Shown piece by piece: positions 27,786 to 38,051 of a DNA stretch of 53,279 nucleotides; positions within the stretch are counted from its first letter, which is position 1; each line of letters opens with the position of its first letter. The DNA is taken from the IMG/VR virus record IMGVR_UViG_3300032288_006150, positions 1 to 53,279 of that record; one strand, 5' to 3'. This stretch comes from a virus (Duplodnaviria > Caudoviricetes). The notes under the pieces are model-generated. The model searched no databases. It was not told where the DNA came from and saw only the letters and a program-made list of their open reading frames with translations. A program made the translations under genes and the position numbers.

Positions 27786-29465
27786 TTATCTTTTGGAAAT
27801 TATGAAATTACCTAAAATTAAATAATCCATTTCAGAATCTAAAAATCTGATTATGGCGTCTTCTGGATGCAAAGTTATGGTTTGATCTTTAAAATTAAAT
27901 GATGTATTCAGAATAACCGGTATTCCTGTTAGTTCTCCGAATTTTTTAATCAGGTGGTAATATCTAGGATTGTCATATCGGTTTACGGTCTGAACTCTGG
28001 CAGTTCCGTCTATATGGGTAACAGCGGGTAAATCCCATCCTGGTTTAACCTTGACCACCATATTCATATACGGAACATCACCAGAAATATCAAAGAACTT
28101 GTCTGCACTTTCTTCCGTCACTGAAGGAGCAAAGGGTCTAAATGTTTCTCTTTTCTTGATAACTAGATTTATTCTATCCTGCATATCTTTTATAAGTGGA
28201 GACGCTATGATGGATCTATTACCTAATGCTCTTGATCCGAATTCCATTTTTCCCTGGAACCATCCAATAACTTTCCCATCAGCTAGTTTTTTTGCTACGT
28301 CATTTATAAGCTCAGATGTTTCCATTTTAGAGAAGCTTATGTTGTCAAATTTTTCTATTGACGAAAGAATTCTGTGCTCGTTAAAGTCTGGACCTTGATA
28401 AGGTGATATTGGGCCTTTTCTCTTTTGTCTTCTGATTACATTTATATAAAATAAACATGCACCTATAGCAGAACCCCCGTCTGAAGGAGAAAAGGGAATC
28501 CAGATTTTTTTATAATTACTTCTTTGCTTTATTAATCCATTAGCTAATCCATTATAAGCACATCCTCCTCCTAAACAAATATTCTCTGATGCATTTAATG
28601 AAAAACTGAAATTAACAAATTCTAAAAATATATCCTCATAGACCTTTTGAACAGCAGCAGCAAGATCTTTGTGTTCTTTTAGAATTGGATCTCCAGGAAT
28701 ACGTGGATGAATTCCTAGATAATCTAAAAGATTCTCGTTGAACATTATTCGGTCAGAAACGTGCCAAGAGAAATATTTCATATTGATCTTTAGATCTCCG
28801 TTATTGAAATCCATTAAATCTCTAAGTTTTTGGTAAAAGATTTTAGAATCACCATACGCGGCAAGACCCATTAATTTATACTCCCCCTCGTTTGGTTTAA
28901 ATCCGATGAATGCGGTGAAAGCGGAATAAAAAAGTCCCAATGAATGGGGATAATTTACCGAATGCAATTTGGATATTTTATTTCCAATTGCTTTGGAAAT
29001 TGTTAACGTCTCCTTTTCCCCTACTCCGTCAACTGTAATGATATTAGATTCTTCAAAATCAGAGGTGAAGAACGAAAGAGAGGAATGCGAAAGATGATGG
29101 TCAACAATTTTTAGTGTTTTTTTAAATCCAATCTCTTGTCTAAGAAAATTCTTTAAGTCAAACTGTGGTCCTTTATTAAAAATCCATTTTATAATTCTGG
29201 CAAAATTTTTAATTGGATATTTTTTAAAATTATCTACTATCCTTTCTTTCTTTAAATCAGGATTTTCGTACCAACAAACAACACTAACATCGTCAATGGA
29301 AATTCCATTTGTTCTGAGAAGCCATTTTATAGTATTAAGGGGAAAAGATGAATCACCCTTTATACCAGTAAATCTTTCCTCCTCCGCAGCACCCATCAGA
29401 GTATTATTTCTAAATAGACATGCAGCTGAATCGTGGTAAAATGCAGAAATTCCTAGGATGTACAT
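27786..29465 (-). CDS. O-carbamoyltransferase (NodU/CmcH family)
   Basis: GISAFYHDSAA, EEERF, HHLSH, DGVGE, EYKLMGLAAYG, GSRALGNRS, FRPFAP, NTSFN. Confidence 0.95.
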   Translation of the reverse strand: MYILGISAFYHDSAACLFRNNTLMGAAEEERFTGIKGDSSFPLNTIKWLLRTNGISIDDVSVVCWYENPDLKKERIVDNFKKYPIKNFARIIKWIFNKGPQFDLKNFLRQEIGFKKTLKIVDHHLSHSSLSFFTSDFEESNIITVDGVGEKETLTISKAIGNKISKLHSVNYPHSLGLFYSAFTAFIGFKPNEGEYKLMGLAAYGDSKIFYQKLRDLMDFNNGDLKINMKYFSWHVSDRIMFNENLLDYLGIHPRIPGDPILKEHKDLAAAVQKVYEDIFLEFVNFSFSLNASENICLGGGCAYNGLANGLIKQRSNYKKIWIPFSPSDGGSAIGACLFYINVIRRQKRKGPISPYQGPDFNEHRILSSIEKFDNISFSKMETSELINDVAKKLADGKVIGWFQGKMEFGSRALGNRSIIASPLIKDMQDRINLVIKKRETFRPFAPSVTEESADKFFDISGDVPYMNMVVKVKPGWDLPAVTHIDGTARVQTVNRYDNPRYYHLIKKFGELTGIPVILNTSFNFKDQTITLHPEDAIIRFLDSEMDYLILGNFIISKR

Positions 29466-29493
29466 TATTATCTTTAGTGGTTTATATTATCTC

Positions 29494-29700
29494 TTAAGAT
29501 TGAAGATGTTTCCATCTTTCTTTGTTAATAACCGCTGAAATACTTCTCCTAGACATTCCAAATTTTTCTGCCAATTGGATCATTGTAAAAGACCCAGTCT
29601 TGTAAAGGTCTCTTATCTCCTGAACTTGATCTTCTGTTAATTTGGAATTTGGGTTCTTTTCCCCACTTAAAAAGGGATTGATTGATTTTTCGTCTTTCAT
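29494..29700 (-). CDS. Stand-alone HTH resembling the C-terminus of HNH homing endonucleases
   Basis: GEKNPNSKLTEDQVQEIR...LAEKFGMSRRSIS...WKH. Confidence 0.75.
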   Translation of the reverse strand: MKDEKSINPFLSGEKNPNSKLTEDQVQEIRDLYKTGSFTMIQLAEKFGMSRRSISAVINKERWKHLQS

Positions 29701-29733
29701 ATCCCTTATATATCAATAACGCGAATACGCGTG

Positions 29734-29886
29734 TTATTCTTCTTCCTCAGAGGATTCTTCTTCGCTATCATCGGGGGTTTCTATGTGTCCTTCCTGCTTT
29801 AATTTTTCGCCCATGACTTTAGCTGCTTCCCTCCTAATTTCTCTCTTCTCCTCTAATGAAAGCTTTTTATGTTCTCTCCATTTCAT
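29734..29886 (-). CDS. 50-aa basic/acidic peptide (not in ORF track)
   Basis: MKWREHKKLSLEEKREIRREAAK...DDSEEESSEEEE; ATATATAG upstream. Confidence 0.5.
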   Translation of the reverse strand: MKWREHKKLSLEEKREIRREAAKVMGEKLKQEGHIETPDDSEEESSEEEE

Positions 29887-29915
29887 AATCAAGTTTATAT
29901 TATCTATATATTTGA

Positions 29916-31112
29916 TTAATTACCCTTTGCTGGAAACCGGGTCCACCCATTTGTCCAAGCTGGAGTACTTAGTTCCGGTATTACTGAATCTATTTCTTTG
30001 TTACCTTTGCCTAATGATAATGTTTTTAATTGATCGCTGGTTAGTATCGTTGTTGCCCTGCTTATAAAATTAAGAGAAGGCGAAAATGCTCCTACTGAAT
30101 TGTTTTCAAATACAGAAATACCATCCTTAACAAACTGAGCAGTTTCGTTGCTTTCCAAACTTAGTCCTCCTTTCATCCATCCCCAGATTACGCTATTCTT
30201 GATCGTGAATTGTGTTGCTCTTCTAAATCTTAAACCCAAATTATGGTTAGCTAGTGCTGAAGCGTTATTAGGACCAACTAAAATCATATTTTCTAATTTA
30301 GGATGGGTGAAAGGCTGGGCAGATGAACCTGTTCCATCATTGTCACATTCTACCCCATTTCCAGCATCACCGTTATCTACAAATTGTGGATCTCTTCTTG
30401 ATACACCATTTGTAATAGTTCCAGTATATCCAAAATCGAAATCGAAATCATCATCTGCAGTTGAAAATGCGTATATGTTTTTAGCATTTACTGTTCCTCC
30501 AAAAAATTCAAAAGCATCATCATTAGCGTAAATAGTTTGAACATTCTCGATGATTGTTCCATTACCAACACCACCTAATGTTAATGCGTTAATTTCAGAG
30601 TTTGGCATTGCTGCAATACCAGCATATTCAATCCTTACATATTTTAGAATACCACTATTATCTAAATCATTAGTACCACCATACGGTCTACCAATCCCAC
30701 CCTCGATAGTCGGTTCTGAGGTTCTGTTGGTTTTTGCCCTTCCCAATATTACAATCCCACCCCAATCACCAGGGGCTCTTTCTCCGGCTGCTCTACCAGA
30801 TGTAAATATTATTGGTTTTGATACAGTTCCCTCCGCAATTATTTGTGCACCCCTTTCGATACACAATGCTCCCTTTTCAGCTATATCAGAAACAATTGTT
30901 GTACCAGGCTGAATAATAAGTTTAGCACCATCTGTTACATAAACATATCCTTTTAATGTCCAAACTTTATCTGACGTTAAAGTAGTGGTAGTGTTGATGT
31001 TTCCAGTTAATGTCGTTGTTAATGGGATGTTTATAGGAGCATCATCTCCACCCAATTCTTTTTGGCAACTAAATAGTCCAAAAATTAAAATACCTGCTAA
31101 TAGCTTTTTCAT
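29916..31112 (-). CDS. Beta-helix lipoprotein partner of the TonB-dependent receptor
   Basis: Lipobox LFSC; PIIFTS, GDWGGIVILG, DNSGILKYVRIEYAG, DDAFEFFGG. Confidence 0.85.
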   Translation of the reverse strand: MKKLLAGILIFGLFSCQKELGGDDAPINIPLTTTLTGNINTTTTLTSDKVWTLKGYVYVTDGAKLIIQPGTTIVSDIAEKGALCIERGAQIIAEGTVSKPIIFTSGRAAGERAPGDWGGIVILGRAKTNRTSEPTIEGGIGRPYGGTNDLDNSGILKYVRIEYAGIAAMPNSEINALTLGGVGNGTIIENVQTIYANDDAFEFFGGTVNAKNIYAFSTADDDFDFDFGYTGTITNGVSRRDPQFVDNGDAGNGVECDNDGTGSSAQPFTHPKLENMILVGPNNASALANHNLGLRFRRATQFTIKNSVIWGWMKGGLSLESNETAQFVKDGISVFENNSVGAFSPSLNFISRATTILTSDQLKTLSLGKGNKEIDSVIPELSTPAWTNGWTRFPAKGN

Positions 31113-33589
31113 AGTGTTAAGTTTAATATTAGGGAAATCGTTTGTTCGTTATTTGTTTTTATTAAATTTCTATTTTGTAATTTTTGATAATAGATCGATG
31201 ATTGTCCAAATACATCGCCTATTGCCATTTTAATTTCTCCGTTTTTGATTTTACGTAAAAAAGTTATGTCTAATACATCTCTACTATTTTCAAAGATGTC
31301 TGGATATCCTTGAAATCCAACAGCAGATATTCTATCTCCTACTCTATTGTAAGTTATGTTAAGTGTATTTTTTTCTTTGTGGAGATTAAATCCTCCATTT
31401 AATACATAATTTGATTGACCCTGTAATTGCCTTTTAGATCCATTTACATTTACTTCAGAATTCATTATTGAAGTGTTGGTGTACAGATCTAACCAATCTG
31501 TTACCTTTTTACGGAATTCTAATTCAACCCCATAAAGAATAGCATTATCAGGATTTGTGTAGGTTAATAATAAATTGGACGGAACTGAACCATCTGCTAC
31601 TATCTGTTCGATAGGCTTAATGAATTTTTTACCAAATAACGATACGGAAATGTTCTCTCCTGCCTTCTGATAAAATTCCCATTTTAAATCTAAGTTATAG
31701 ATATCCGATTTTTCCAATTTTGAATTACCTAATATCTGTGCATTTCTTACAAAATCATAATAAGCAAAATTAGCAACCTCTCTAAATTCAGGTCTTGCTA
31801 ATGTTTTACTCAGTGAAAATCTATATTTTACTTTATCTAAATTATATGAAAGGTTTAATGACGGAAGAAGGTCTAAATACTCTCTGTCTACGTTTACTTT
31901 TTGTCCGCTAAAATCTGCGGTATTAACATTGAATAGGTTGTACTCCCCTCTTAAACCTGTGTTTAATTTTAACTTGCCCCATTCATTTTCATACATTGAG
32001 TAAACTGATCCTAAATCAAAATCTGCAGTGTACCTGTCTGTATTATTTGTTATTTCATCCAGCATATCAGTTGAAAGATATCTGAAGATTCTTGCGTTAA
32101 ATCCCCTAATCTTTTTTAGATAACTTCCCCCAATCTTAATATTACCAAAATCTTTGTTTATGTTACCATTAAAACTGTTTTCGTCCATTACACTCCAAAA
32201 ACGATACGTGTCTCTCCATGCAATAGAATATGGTTCGTTGACACCTAATGATTTTGTGATCGGGTTTACCCTATAATCGGGTTGTTCTCTGAATATAAAA
32301 TTATATCCCAAATTAAAATCCCAATTCTTGAGCTTCCCATCAAATTGGGAATTGATAACAACATTATTAATATGATTAGAAGAATTGCTTAAAACGTTTT
32401 GTACATTATCAAAGTTATTACCATTTCGTGTTAGATAGCTATCATCCTTTTGGTAGTTTAGTAGGGTTTTCCAGCTATATCGATTTTCTCCTAAATAAGT
32501 TAAATTTAATAAACCGCTCGTGGAAAATCTTTTCGTGTATAGAATCTCTTTATAATCATAAGCTAACTCAGTTGATGATTGATAGTCTTTCCTTTCGATC
32601 TTATTTAAGGTGAAAGAATTTCTTACGGTTGAACTGAATAGAGAATTAAATTTACCCTTAGTATATCCAAACGAAAGACCTCCGCTTAAATTTGGAATTG
32701 ACTGAAAAATATTTTCCTGGGGATTACCAAATTGTTTAGTGAATAATCTTTTATCACCGTTGCTACTGATACGATATTTGTATGTGGATGGAAAGGTTGA
32801 TGGAAACTCTGTAGATTTAACTGTCTTAAAATCTCTGAATGTAGAAACTGATCCAGCACCACTTCCTAAAGAGATATTAAAAAAATTATCTGAAACCTCC
32901 TTTGTTGTAATCTGAACCAAACCACCACTCCAATCCCCTGGTAAATTTGCTGATGCTGATTTAGCAACTATGATATTATCAATCAATCCGGTTGGAATTA
33001 TATCAAAAGAAAAAGCCCTCCTATCTGGCTCAGTTGATGGAAGTATAGTTTTGTTTAAAAAAGCAGAATTATATCGATCTGCTAATCCCCTTACTAACAC
33101 AAACTTATCATTCTGTATTGTTACCCCGCTTACTCTTTTAAGGGCATCGCCAACGTTTCTATCTGGAGTTTTTTTAATGAATTCTATTGATACACCATCA
33201 GATACAACATTGCTATTTCTAACTGATCTAATTATCGAAACATCTGTTGTTTTTTGAGGAATAGCTCTAACTACAACCTCATTCAATCCCGTTACATTCT
33301 CCTCGAGCAAAACATTAAATAAAGTATCGGATGTAAAATTTACGGTCTTAATTAAATCCTTGTATCCAACAAAAGTTGCTTTAATATCATATTTTCCTGA
33401 TGGAATTTGAATCTCATAGTTTCCAAATTCGTTAGAAATTGCAGAAAAGGATTTTTGATTTGCATCCTTAAATATGATATGGACGAAATATAATTTTTCG
33501 GTAGGTGACTCTGTTTTACCTGATATTTTAATTTGAGAAAAGGATAGAAGGGGTAATAAAACAAATAATAATAGAATGGATTTTTTCAT
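31109..33589 (-). CDS. TonB-dependent outer-membrane receptor
   Basis: CarboxypepD-like N-domain, LNEVVV, DALKRVSGV..VRGL..RYN plug, LPSLNL, ARPEFRE. Confidence 0.92.
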   Translation of the reverse strand: MKKSILLLFVLLPLLSFSQIKISGKTESPTEKLYFVHIIFKDANQKSFSAISNEFGNYEIQIPSGKYDIKATFVGYKDLIKTVNFTSDTLFNVLLEENVTGLNEVVVRAIPQKTTDVSIIRSVRNSNVVSDGVSIEFIKKTPDRNVGDALKRVSGVTIQNDKFVLVRGLADRYNSAFLNKTILPSTEPDRRAFSFDIIPTGLIDNIIVAKSASANLPGDWSGGLVQITTKEVSDNFFNISLGSGAGSVSTFRDFKTVKSTEFPSTFPSTYKYRISSNGDKRLFTKQFGNPQENIFQSIPNLSGGLSFGYTKGKFNSLFSSTVRNSFTLNKIERKDYQSSTELAYDYKEILYTKRFSTSGLLNLTYLGENRYSWKTLLNYQKDDSYLTRNGNNFDNVQNVLSNSSNHINNVVINSQFDGKLKNWDFNLGYNFIFREQPDYRVNPITKSLGVNEPYSIAWRDTYRFWSVMDENSFNGNINKDFGNIKIGGSYLKKIRGFNARIFRYLSTDMLDEITNNTDRYTADFDLGSVYSMYENEWGKLKLNTGLRGEYNLFNVNTADFSGQKVNVDREYLDLLPSLNLSYNLDKVKYRFSLSKTLARPEFREVANFAYYDFVRNAQILGNSKLEKSDIYNLDLKWEFYQKAGENISVSLFGKKFIKPIEQIVADGSVPSNLLLTYTNPDNAILYGVELEFRKKVTDWLDLYTNTSIMNSEVNVNGSKRQLQGQSNYVLNGGFNLHKEKNTLNITYNRVGDRISAVGFQGYPDIFENSRDVLDITFLRKIKNGEIKMAIGDVFGQSSIYYQKLQNRNLIKTNNEQTISLILNLTL

Positions 33590-33711
33590 ATGAGTTTTTT
33601 GTCGAACTATTTACCCTCTAGGGTCTGACAAAAAACAAATAAAACCCCCCGTTTCTGAGATATTTTACGCAAAGTTAATATTAGAACAATCGCAAGATAA
33701 TATATGAAAAA

Positions 33712-33975
33712 CTAGTCCCACTCTCTAATCTGGAGGACAAGATCATTCTCTCCTTTTATGAGACGATGCCAAACTTTCTTGGGAATGAAAAAAGAATCTA
33801 TTTCGGCGGGCAGTTCGTTGTCTATTTGTATTTTCCAGCCAGATCCCTCTAGTAATTTAATTTCCCGGTTTTTTAAATCTCTGTGCCATAACAATTCAGT
33901 AGGATCTATGTCCTGTGAAAATTTTCTGACTATTAAACCGTTAATCTCTTCTTGTGTATATGGATTCATTACCAA
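33712..33975 (-). CDS. Small cupin-like protein
   Basis: WHRD...R and FIPKKVWHRLIKG. Confidence 0.7.
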   Translation of the reverse strand: MVMNPYTQEEINGLIVRKFSQDIDPTELLWHRDLKNREIKLLEGSGWKIQIDNELPAEIDSFFIPKKVWHRLIKGENDLVLQIREWD

Positions 33976-34499
33976 TATCCTGGATAAGTTTTACCTCCCC
34001 AAAGATGAGCATATCTATTAGCTCTACATGCCCAATATCCAGGTTTAGTTTTATCTTTCTTTTTGTGGCACTGATGTCTAGCAGCAAAACTCTTTCTACG
34101 TTCAGGATCACTAACCTTAGCTCTCATACCAGGTATTCCAAATTGAACCTTAATGATATTTCCAGCAGGATTTTTAACATACACGTAGAATTTTTTGGAA
34201 CCACCTCTCATTGGATAACCAAGCTTTACTTTCTTACCGCGATACTCAGCTTCCTCCAGAATTTCTAGAGGCATATCCAGTGGTACAATTTCTCCTTCGT
34301 ATAATCCAGTTAAGCCAAGATCTGTTGCTTCAAATAGAAGAGCAGTGGATCTATCGACTGTTAAATTTCCTTCTAAATAAAGAGAACGTGCCTCTGATAA
34401 TAGGGAGACATGAGATTCACTACCCGGTCTGAAAATAGATTCTGCTATACAGATTCTATTGTTAATGTGAAATTGGAGGTGTTCAGATATTAAAAACAT
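33969..34499 (-). CDS. Conserved phage protein, basic C-terminal domain
   Basis: KKFYVYVK...KVQFG...RRKSFAARHQC...GYWAC. Confidence 0.75.
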   Translation of the reverse strand: MFLISEHLQFHINNRICIAESIFRPGSESHVSLLSEARSLYLEGNLTVDRSTALLFEATDLGLTGLYEGEIVPLDMPLEILEEAEYRGKKVKLGYPMRGGSKKFYVYVKNPAGNIIKVQFGIPGMRAKVSDPERRKSFAARHQCHKKKDKTKPGYWACRANRYAHLWGGKTYPGYW

Positions 34500-34500
34500 A

Positions 34501-35430
34501 TTAAACCATATTTTTAGCTAGCATGTCGTCTCTAAATGCAGTAGATTTTGCTAGGGTCTCTTGGAAGATAGGTCTACTTAAATCATTACCTAAACCTGAG
34601 TTAACATGGAAGACTGCTTTAAGTGCTGCATCTTTATCTGGAAATCCGTTAGGATCGTTAGATCCATAAAGAGATTTAACTTTAGGATTTTTTAAATTCT
34701 CAATAAAATATAAAACAGCAACTTCAGCAGCAATATCAAGATCGTTCAATGCATCTGGATTACTTACAAAGTTAACGCTCTTGCCTAGTTTTCCGTCCTT
34801 GTCATAAATCTTCTGCATTTTTTCATAACCTGCCTTGAAAGTTATCCCGTTGAATCCTCTTCCTAGATATTTAGCTCCATCACCTGGTTGGGTGTTTCCC
34901 ATTTTTTGAGATGCTCCGGTCGGATCATCAGGTCCGTAAACTCTATCCCAGAATTTAGATGGATCTGCCTTGAGTGCGTTTATTTCAGCATCACTTAAAG
35001 TGGAAACTCTTTTTCCGAAAATCTTTCTGATCCTGTCGTTACTAGTATTGGTATATGGCTCTTCGTTCTGAGGTGCCCAACCACATTCTTTACCTATAAC
35101 TCCTTGGATAGAAGCTCTCATATTTTTATCAGTAATTTCGTGTCTATCCATTGCTTTGTTCACCGCTTCTACACCCTTTTTAACATCTTCTGCGGTGGGG
35201 ACCTTAGCTCCACTTCCTTGTAATCTTTCTCCCCATGTAGAACCACCTCCTTCTGCGTCTGCAGGGATAAATCCAGCATCTCCGAGAATCTTTCCTGCGG
35301 ATTTTAATAAATCGCCGAAGGAATCAAAACCTCCCCCCGATGCGGGTGCCGGTGCTGGAGCAGGTGCTGGAGCAGGAGGTTTAGTCTCTTGCTCGTTAAT
35401 AAATTTTAAAAAGGGATGTATGTGTTTCAT
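34501..35430 (-). CDS. GH19 (lysozyme-like) peptidoglycan hydrolase with MKHI leader
   Basis: KECG, GNTQPGDGAKYLGRGFNGIT, VSNPDAL. Confidence 0.8.
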   Translation of the reverse strand: MKHIHPFLKFINEQETKPPAPAPAPAPAPASGGGFDSFGDLLKSAGKILGDAGFIPADAEGGGSTWGERLQGSGAKVPTAEDVKKGVEAVNKAMDRHEITDKNMRASIQGVIGKECGWAPQNEEPYTNTSNDRIRKIFGKRVSTLSDAEINALKADPSKFWDRVYGPDDPTGASQKMGNTQPGDGAKYLGRGFNGITFKAGYEKMQKIYDKDGKLGKSVNFVSNPDALNDLDIAAEVAVLYFIENLKNPKVKSLYGSNDPNGFPDKDAALKAVFHVNSGLGNDLSRPIFQETLAKSTAFRDDMLAKNMV

Positions 35431-35433
35431 ATC

Positions 35434-35748
35434 TTAATTTCTGAATTTATGTGGGAACATCATTCTTAATTCGTGTCCCTGAGGAATATCTTTCTTTCTA
35501 ATACCAAAAATCTTTTCCTCTGGACAAGGATCTTCTCCATTCCATTTGAAACCATTATTACAAGCCCAGGTTTTCATGCCTTGATTATAACTCTGACCTG
35601 TGGAATATGGAAATCTAATTCCAGCATCATTTTGAATGGAATCTATACGTCCACCTTTAACAGTAAAAATAATTTCCCTTCCCTGTCTAGAGGTTAGTTT
35701 TATTTCCTGTGTGTCAGAATAAGATTCGTATACTTGTAAATGCTTCAT
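35434..35748 (-). CDS. Hypothetical protein with MKHLQVYESY leader
   Basis: ORF track. Confidence 0.75.
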   Translation of the reverse strand: MKHLQVYESYSDTQEIKLTSRQGREIIFTVKGGRIDSIQNDAGIRFPYSTGQSYNQGMKTWACNNGFKWNGEDPCPEEKIFGIRKKDIPQGHELRMMFPHKFRN

Positions 35749-35751
35749 TTT

Positions 35752-36741
35752 TTATATATCTTGCTTAAATGGACCTATTGTTTTACACATAATGATAAGA
35801 CCATCTCTTTTAGAGACAAGAACCGAGGTTATTTCGGAAACATAATCTCTATATCCAATTTCATCCGTTCCTCTCTCTGATATTATCTTGGTGCCAACAT
35901 CAAATACTTTGAAACTAGGAAGTCCTCCAATAGGGGGCTTAAATTCCATTCTAATCCCTCCAAAACTATCACGATTTGATGCTAATTGAAAATCCTTTAT
36001 CTCTTTTGTTACTTTTTGTCCATCCTTATTAAGATATGAAATTTTATTTCCTGTTTTAATACCTATTTGGAATTCTGGTCTAAGTTTATTAAAAAGTTCA
36101 GGATTCCTCGTTACCGTAATTTCAGACCTAGTATTCTCTTTATATCTCTCTGGGTCATCCAGATCTATCATCTTTATTTTTGGGGATACTGCTATATCAT
36201 TTCCGTCTTTGTCAGTCTCCTCGGCATTAACAATTCTGTAGCTTCTAAGATTTTTCTTTGCAGATTGATGAATCATATCACGCCCAGCTGTAGCGAGCAT
36301 TTCCTCTTTCGGGATAGGATTTTGGCATCCTTCGCATCTTCTAGGAAATAACATCAAAGTATAGGTTACGTCACCGTGTGAAACGGCTCCATAAACAGAT
36401 CCAGAATAGGTTTCCCTTACAGTCTCCTCTTTTGGAACAGAAAGAATTGGATAATATAAGATATCACCTTTTTTTAAAACTATATCTCCAAAATGGAAAA
36501 CTGTAGTGTATGCATAATCTATCCTAGGGTATTTGTATTTAAGAATATTTACAGAGCATTCTTTTAAGTGTTCCTCGATTTTTTTCCTAGCGAATGATAA
36601 ATCCTCTTCTGATAACCCATCTACCCCACCAATAAACTGGAAATTCTTTCTCAAGTCCATCCTGCTCTTGAAGTGGTCATGATGCTTGTTTTCCCACAGC
36701 AACGAAGATTCAAAAAGTTTAAAGCTTAAAAGAAATTTCAT
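35752..36741 (-). CDS. Hypothetical protein with MKFLLSFKLFE leader
   Basis: ORF track; AATATATAA upstream. Confidence 0.75.
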   Translation of the reverse strand: MKFLLSFKLFESSLLWENKHHDHFKSRMDLRKNFQFIGGVDGLSEEDLSFARKKIEEHLKECSVNILKYKYPRIDYAYTTVFHFGDIVLKKGDILYYPILSVPKEETVRETYSGSVYGAVSHGDVTYTLMLFPRRCEGCQNPIPKEEMLATAGRDMIHQSAKKNLRSYRIVNAEETDKDGNDIAVSPKIKMIDLDDPERYKENTRSEITVTRNPELFNKLRPEFQIGIKTGNKISYLNKDGQKVTKEIKDFQLASNRDSFGGIRMEFKPPIGGLPSFKVFDVGTKIISERGTDEIGYRDYVSEITSVLVSKRDGLIIMCKTIGPFKQDI

Positions 36742-36788
36742 ATAAGGCGATTCCCCTTATATATTCAAAAGATTACAAGGAGTTTTCG

Positions 36789-37961
36789 TTATTTATTAAC
36801 GAAAAGATTTTGCATATGGTCGACAGAGCAAATGCTAAAGCAATAAAGCATTTTATCCTTCCCTTCCCATCTCTTAGCAAAAACGTCGTCCAGATACCGG
36901 CTATCTAAAATCCTGTCTAGAGAATGGTTTTTCAGACTAATGTTATCCATGCCATATTCATAGAGATATTTTTTAATCTGGACAGGATCGTTATAATTGT
37001 ATTCACCATTAAACATGGTACCCACAAAACAGCAGGGAAACACGTTACCTTTGCAATCAACGTAGATTTCTTTGCCTTCGGGATGACACGATTTACAACT
37101 TATAGACTTATTATCTAGATGACTAGTATCTAATTCTAATGGTAATTTGTCAGCTATCTCCTGCCATCTTTTTCTAGATTCTTGCTGATTCTTCTTCTTA
37201 TTTTCAGGAAGAAAAATTTGGGTTTGATCTGATTCAATTTTTTTGGTTGCTCCGTTTAATCTCCAGGGAAGGCTTCCCGCTTCTATCTTATATGCGAGCT
37301 TTCCCTTCTCATCATAAACGTGCATATCCTGATATTCTTCAGGATTCTGTCTTTCAAATCCGAAAGGTCTTTTCGGTTGGAAATAAGTAACACCTATTTT
37401 CTTGGCAAGTGCTTCTGCTTCTTGGATTTGATGTTCATTATGTTTAAAGATTAAAAAATCCCAAGCGCTCTCTGCTCCAGTTGAGCAATACGCTTTCATA
37501 TTTGCCATTAATCTTTTCCAATTAACATTTCTTCTATAAATATGATTGGTGTCTTCTAATCCATCAACAGAGAAGGTAACATATCTTCTACCTTGAGAAT
37601 TTTCTTTAAACATCTTCCCCAGCTTAGTCCAGAAATCTGGACTTCTCATTGATCCATTAGTATTGACCTGAATCTTAGCAGAAGAATTAGAAGCAACATA
37701 TTCCAGAATTTGATATGCATCTTTTGCCATCATTGGATCTCCGTTAGTTCCACAGAAAACCCATCCGGTTGATTTTTCAACAAAGTCTAGAGGAAACCAT
37801 TTTTTAAATTGTTCTAGAGTGACACTACCAAGCTCCAATTCAGGATTGACCATTAAAGATCCACCGATATAACGGGGGCAGATCGGGCATGCTGCATTAC
37901 ACTGATTAGACAGTTCAATATGAACTAATGAAGTGTTTTTATAATTCCAAATACTTTCCAT
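36789..37961 (-). CDS. Radical SAM enzyme with SPASM/twitch domain
   Basis: CNAACPIC; C-terminal C...GNVFPCC...C. Confidence 0.9.
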   Translation of the reverse strand: MESIWNYKNTSLVHIELSNQCNAACPICPRYIGGSLMVNPELELGSVTLEQFKKWFPLDFVEKSTGWVFCGTNGDPMMAKDAYQILEYVASNSSAKIQVNTNGSMRSPDFWTKLGKMFKENSQGRRYVTFSVDGLEDTNHIYRRNVNWKRLMANMKAYCSTGAESAWDFLIFKHNEHQIQEAEALAKKIGVTYFQPKRPFGFERQNPEEYQDMHVYDEKGKLAYKIEAGSLPWRLNGATKKIESDQTQIFLPENKKKNQQESRKRWQEIADKLPLELDTSHLDNKSISCKSCHPEGKEIYVDCKGNVFPCCFVGTMFNGEYNYNDPVQIKKYLYEYGMDNISLKNHSLDRILDSRYLDDVFAKRWEGKDKMLYCFSICSVDHMQNLFVNK

Positions 37962-38051
37962 AATAATTCTATTATCGATCAGGATAAAAATTCCAAGAAA
38001 AAGCCCCTAATTTCTTAGAGGCAATTTCCGTTGGTAGAGGATTCAAGGATA

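Noticed and set aside
28051-33257. Plus-strand ORFs such as 28051-28398, 30148-30531, 30550-30912 and 32970-33257
   Set aside because: They lie antisense inside well-supported genes and show no recognisable motifs; the same applies to most other short plus-strand ORFs in the track.
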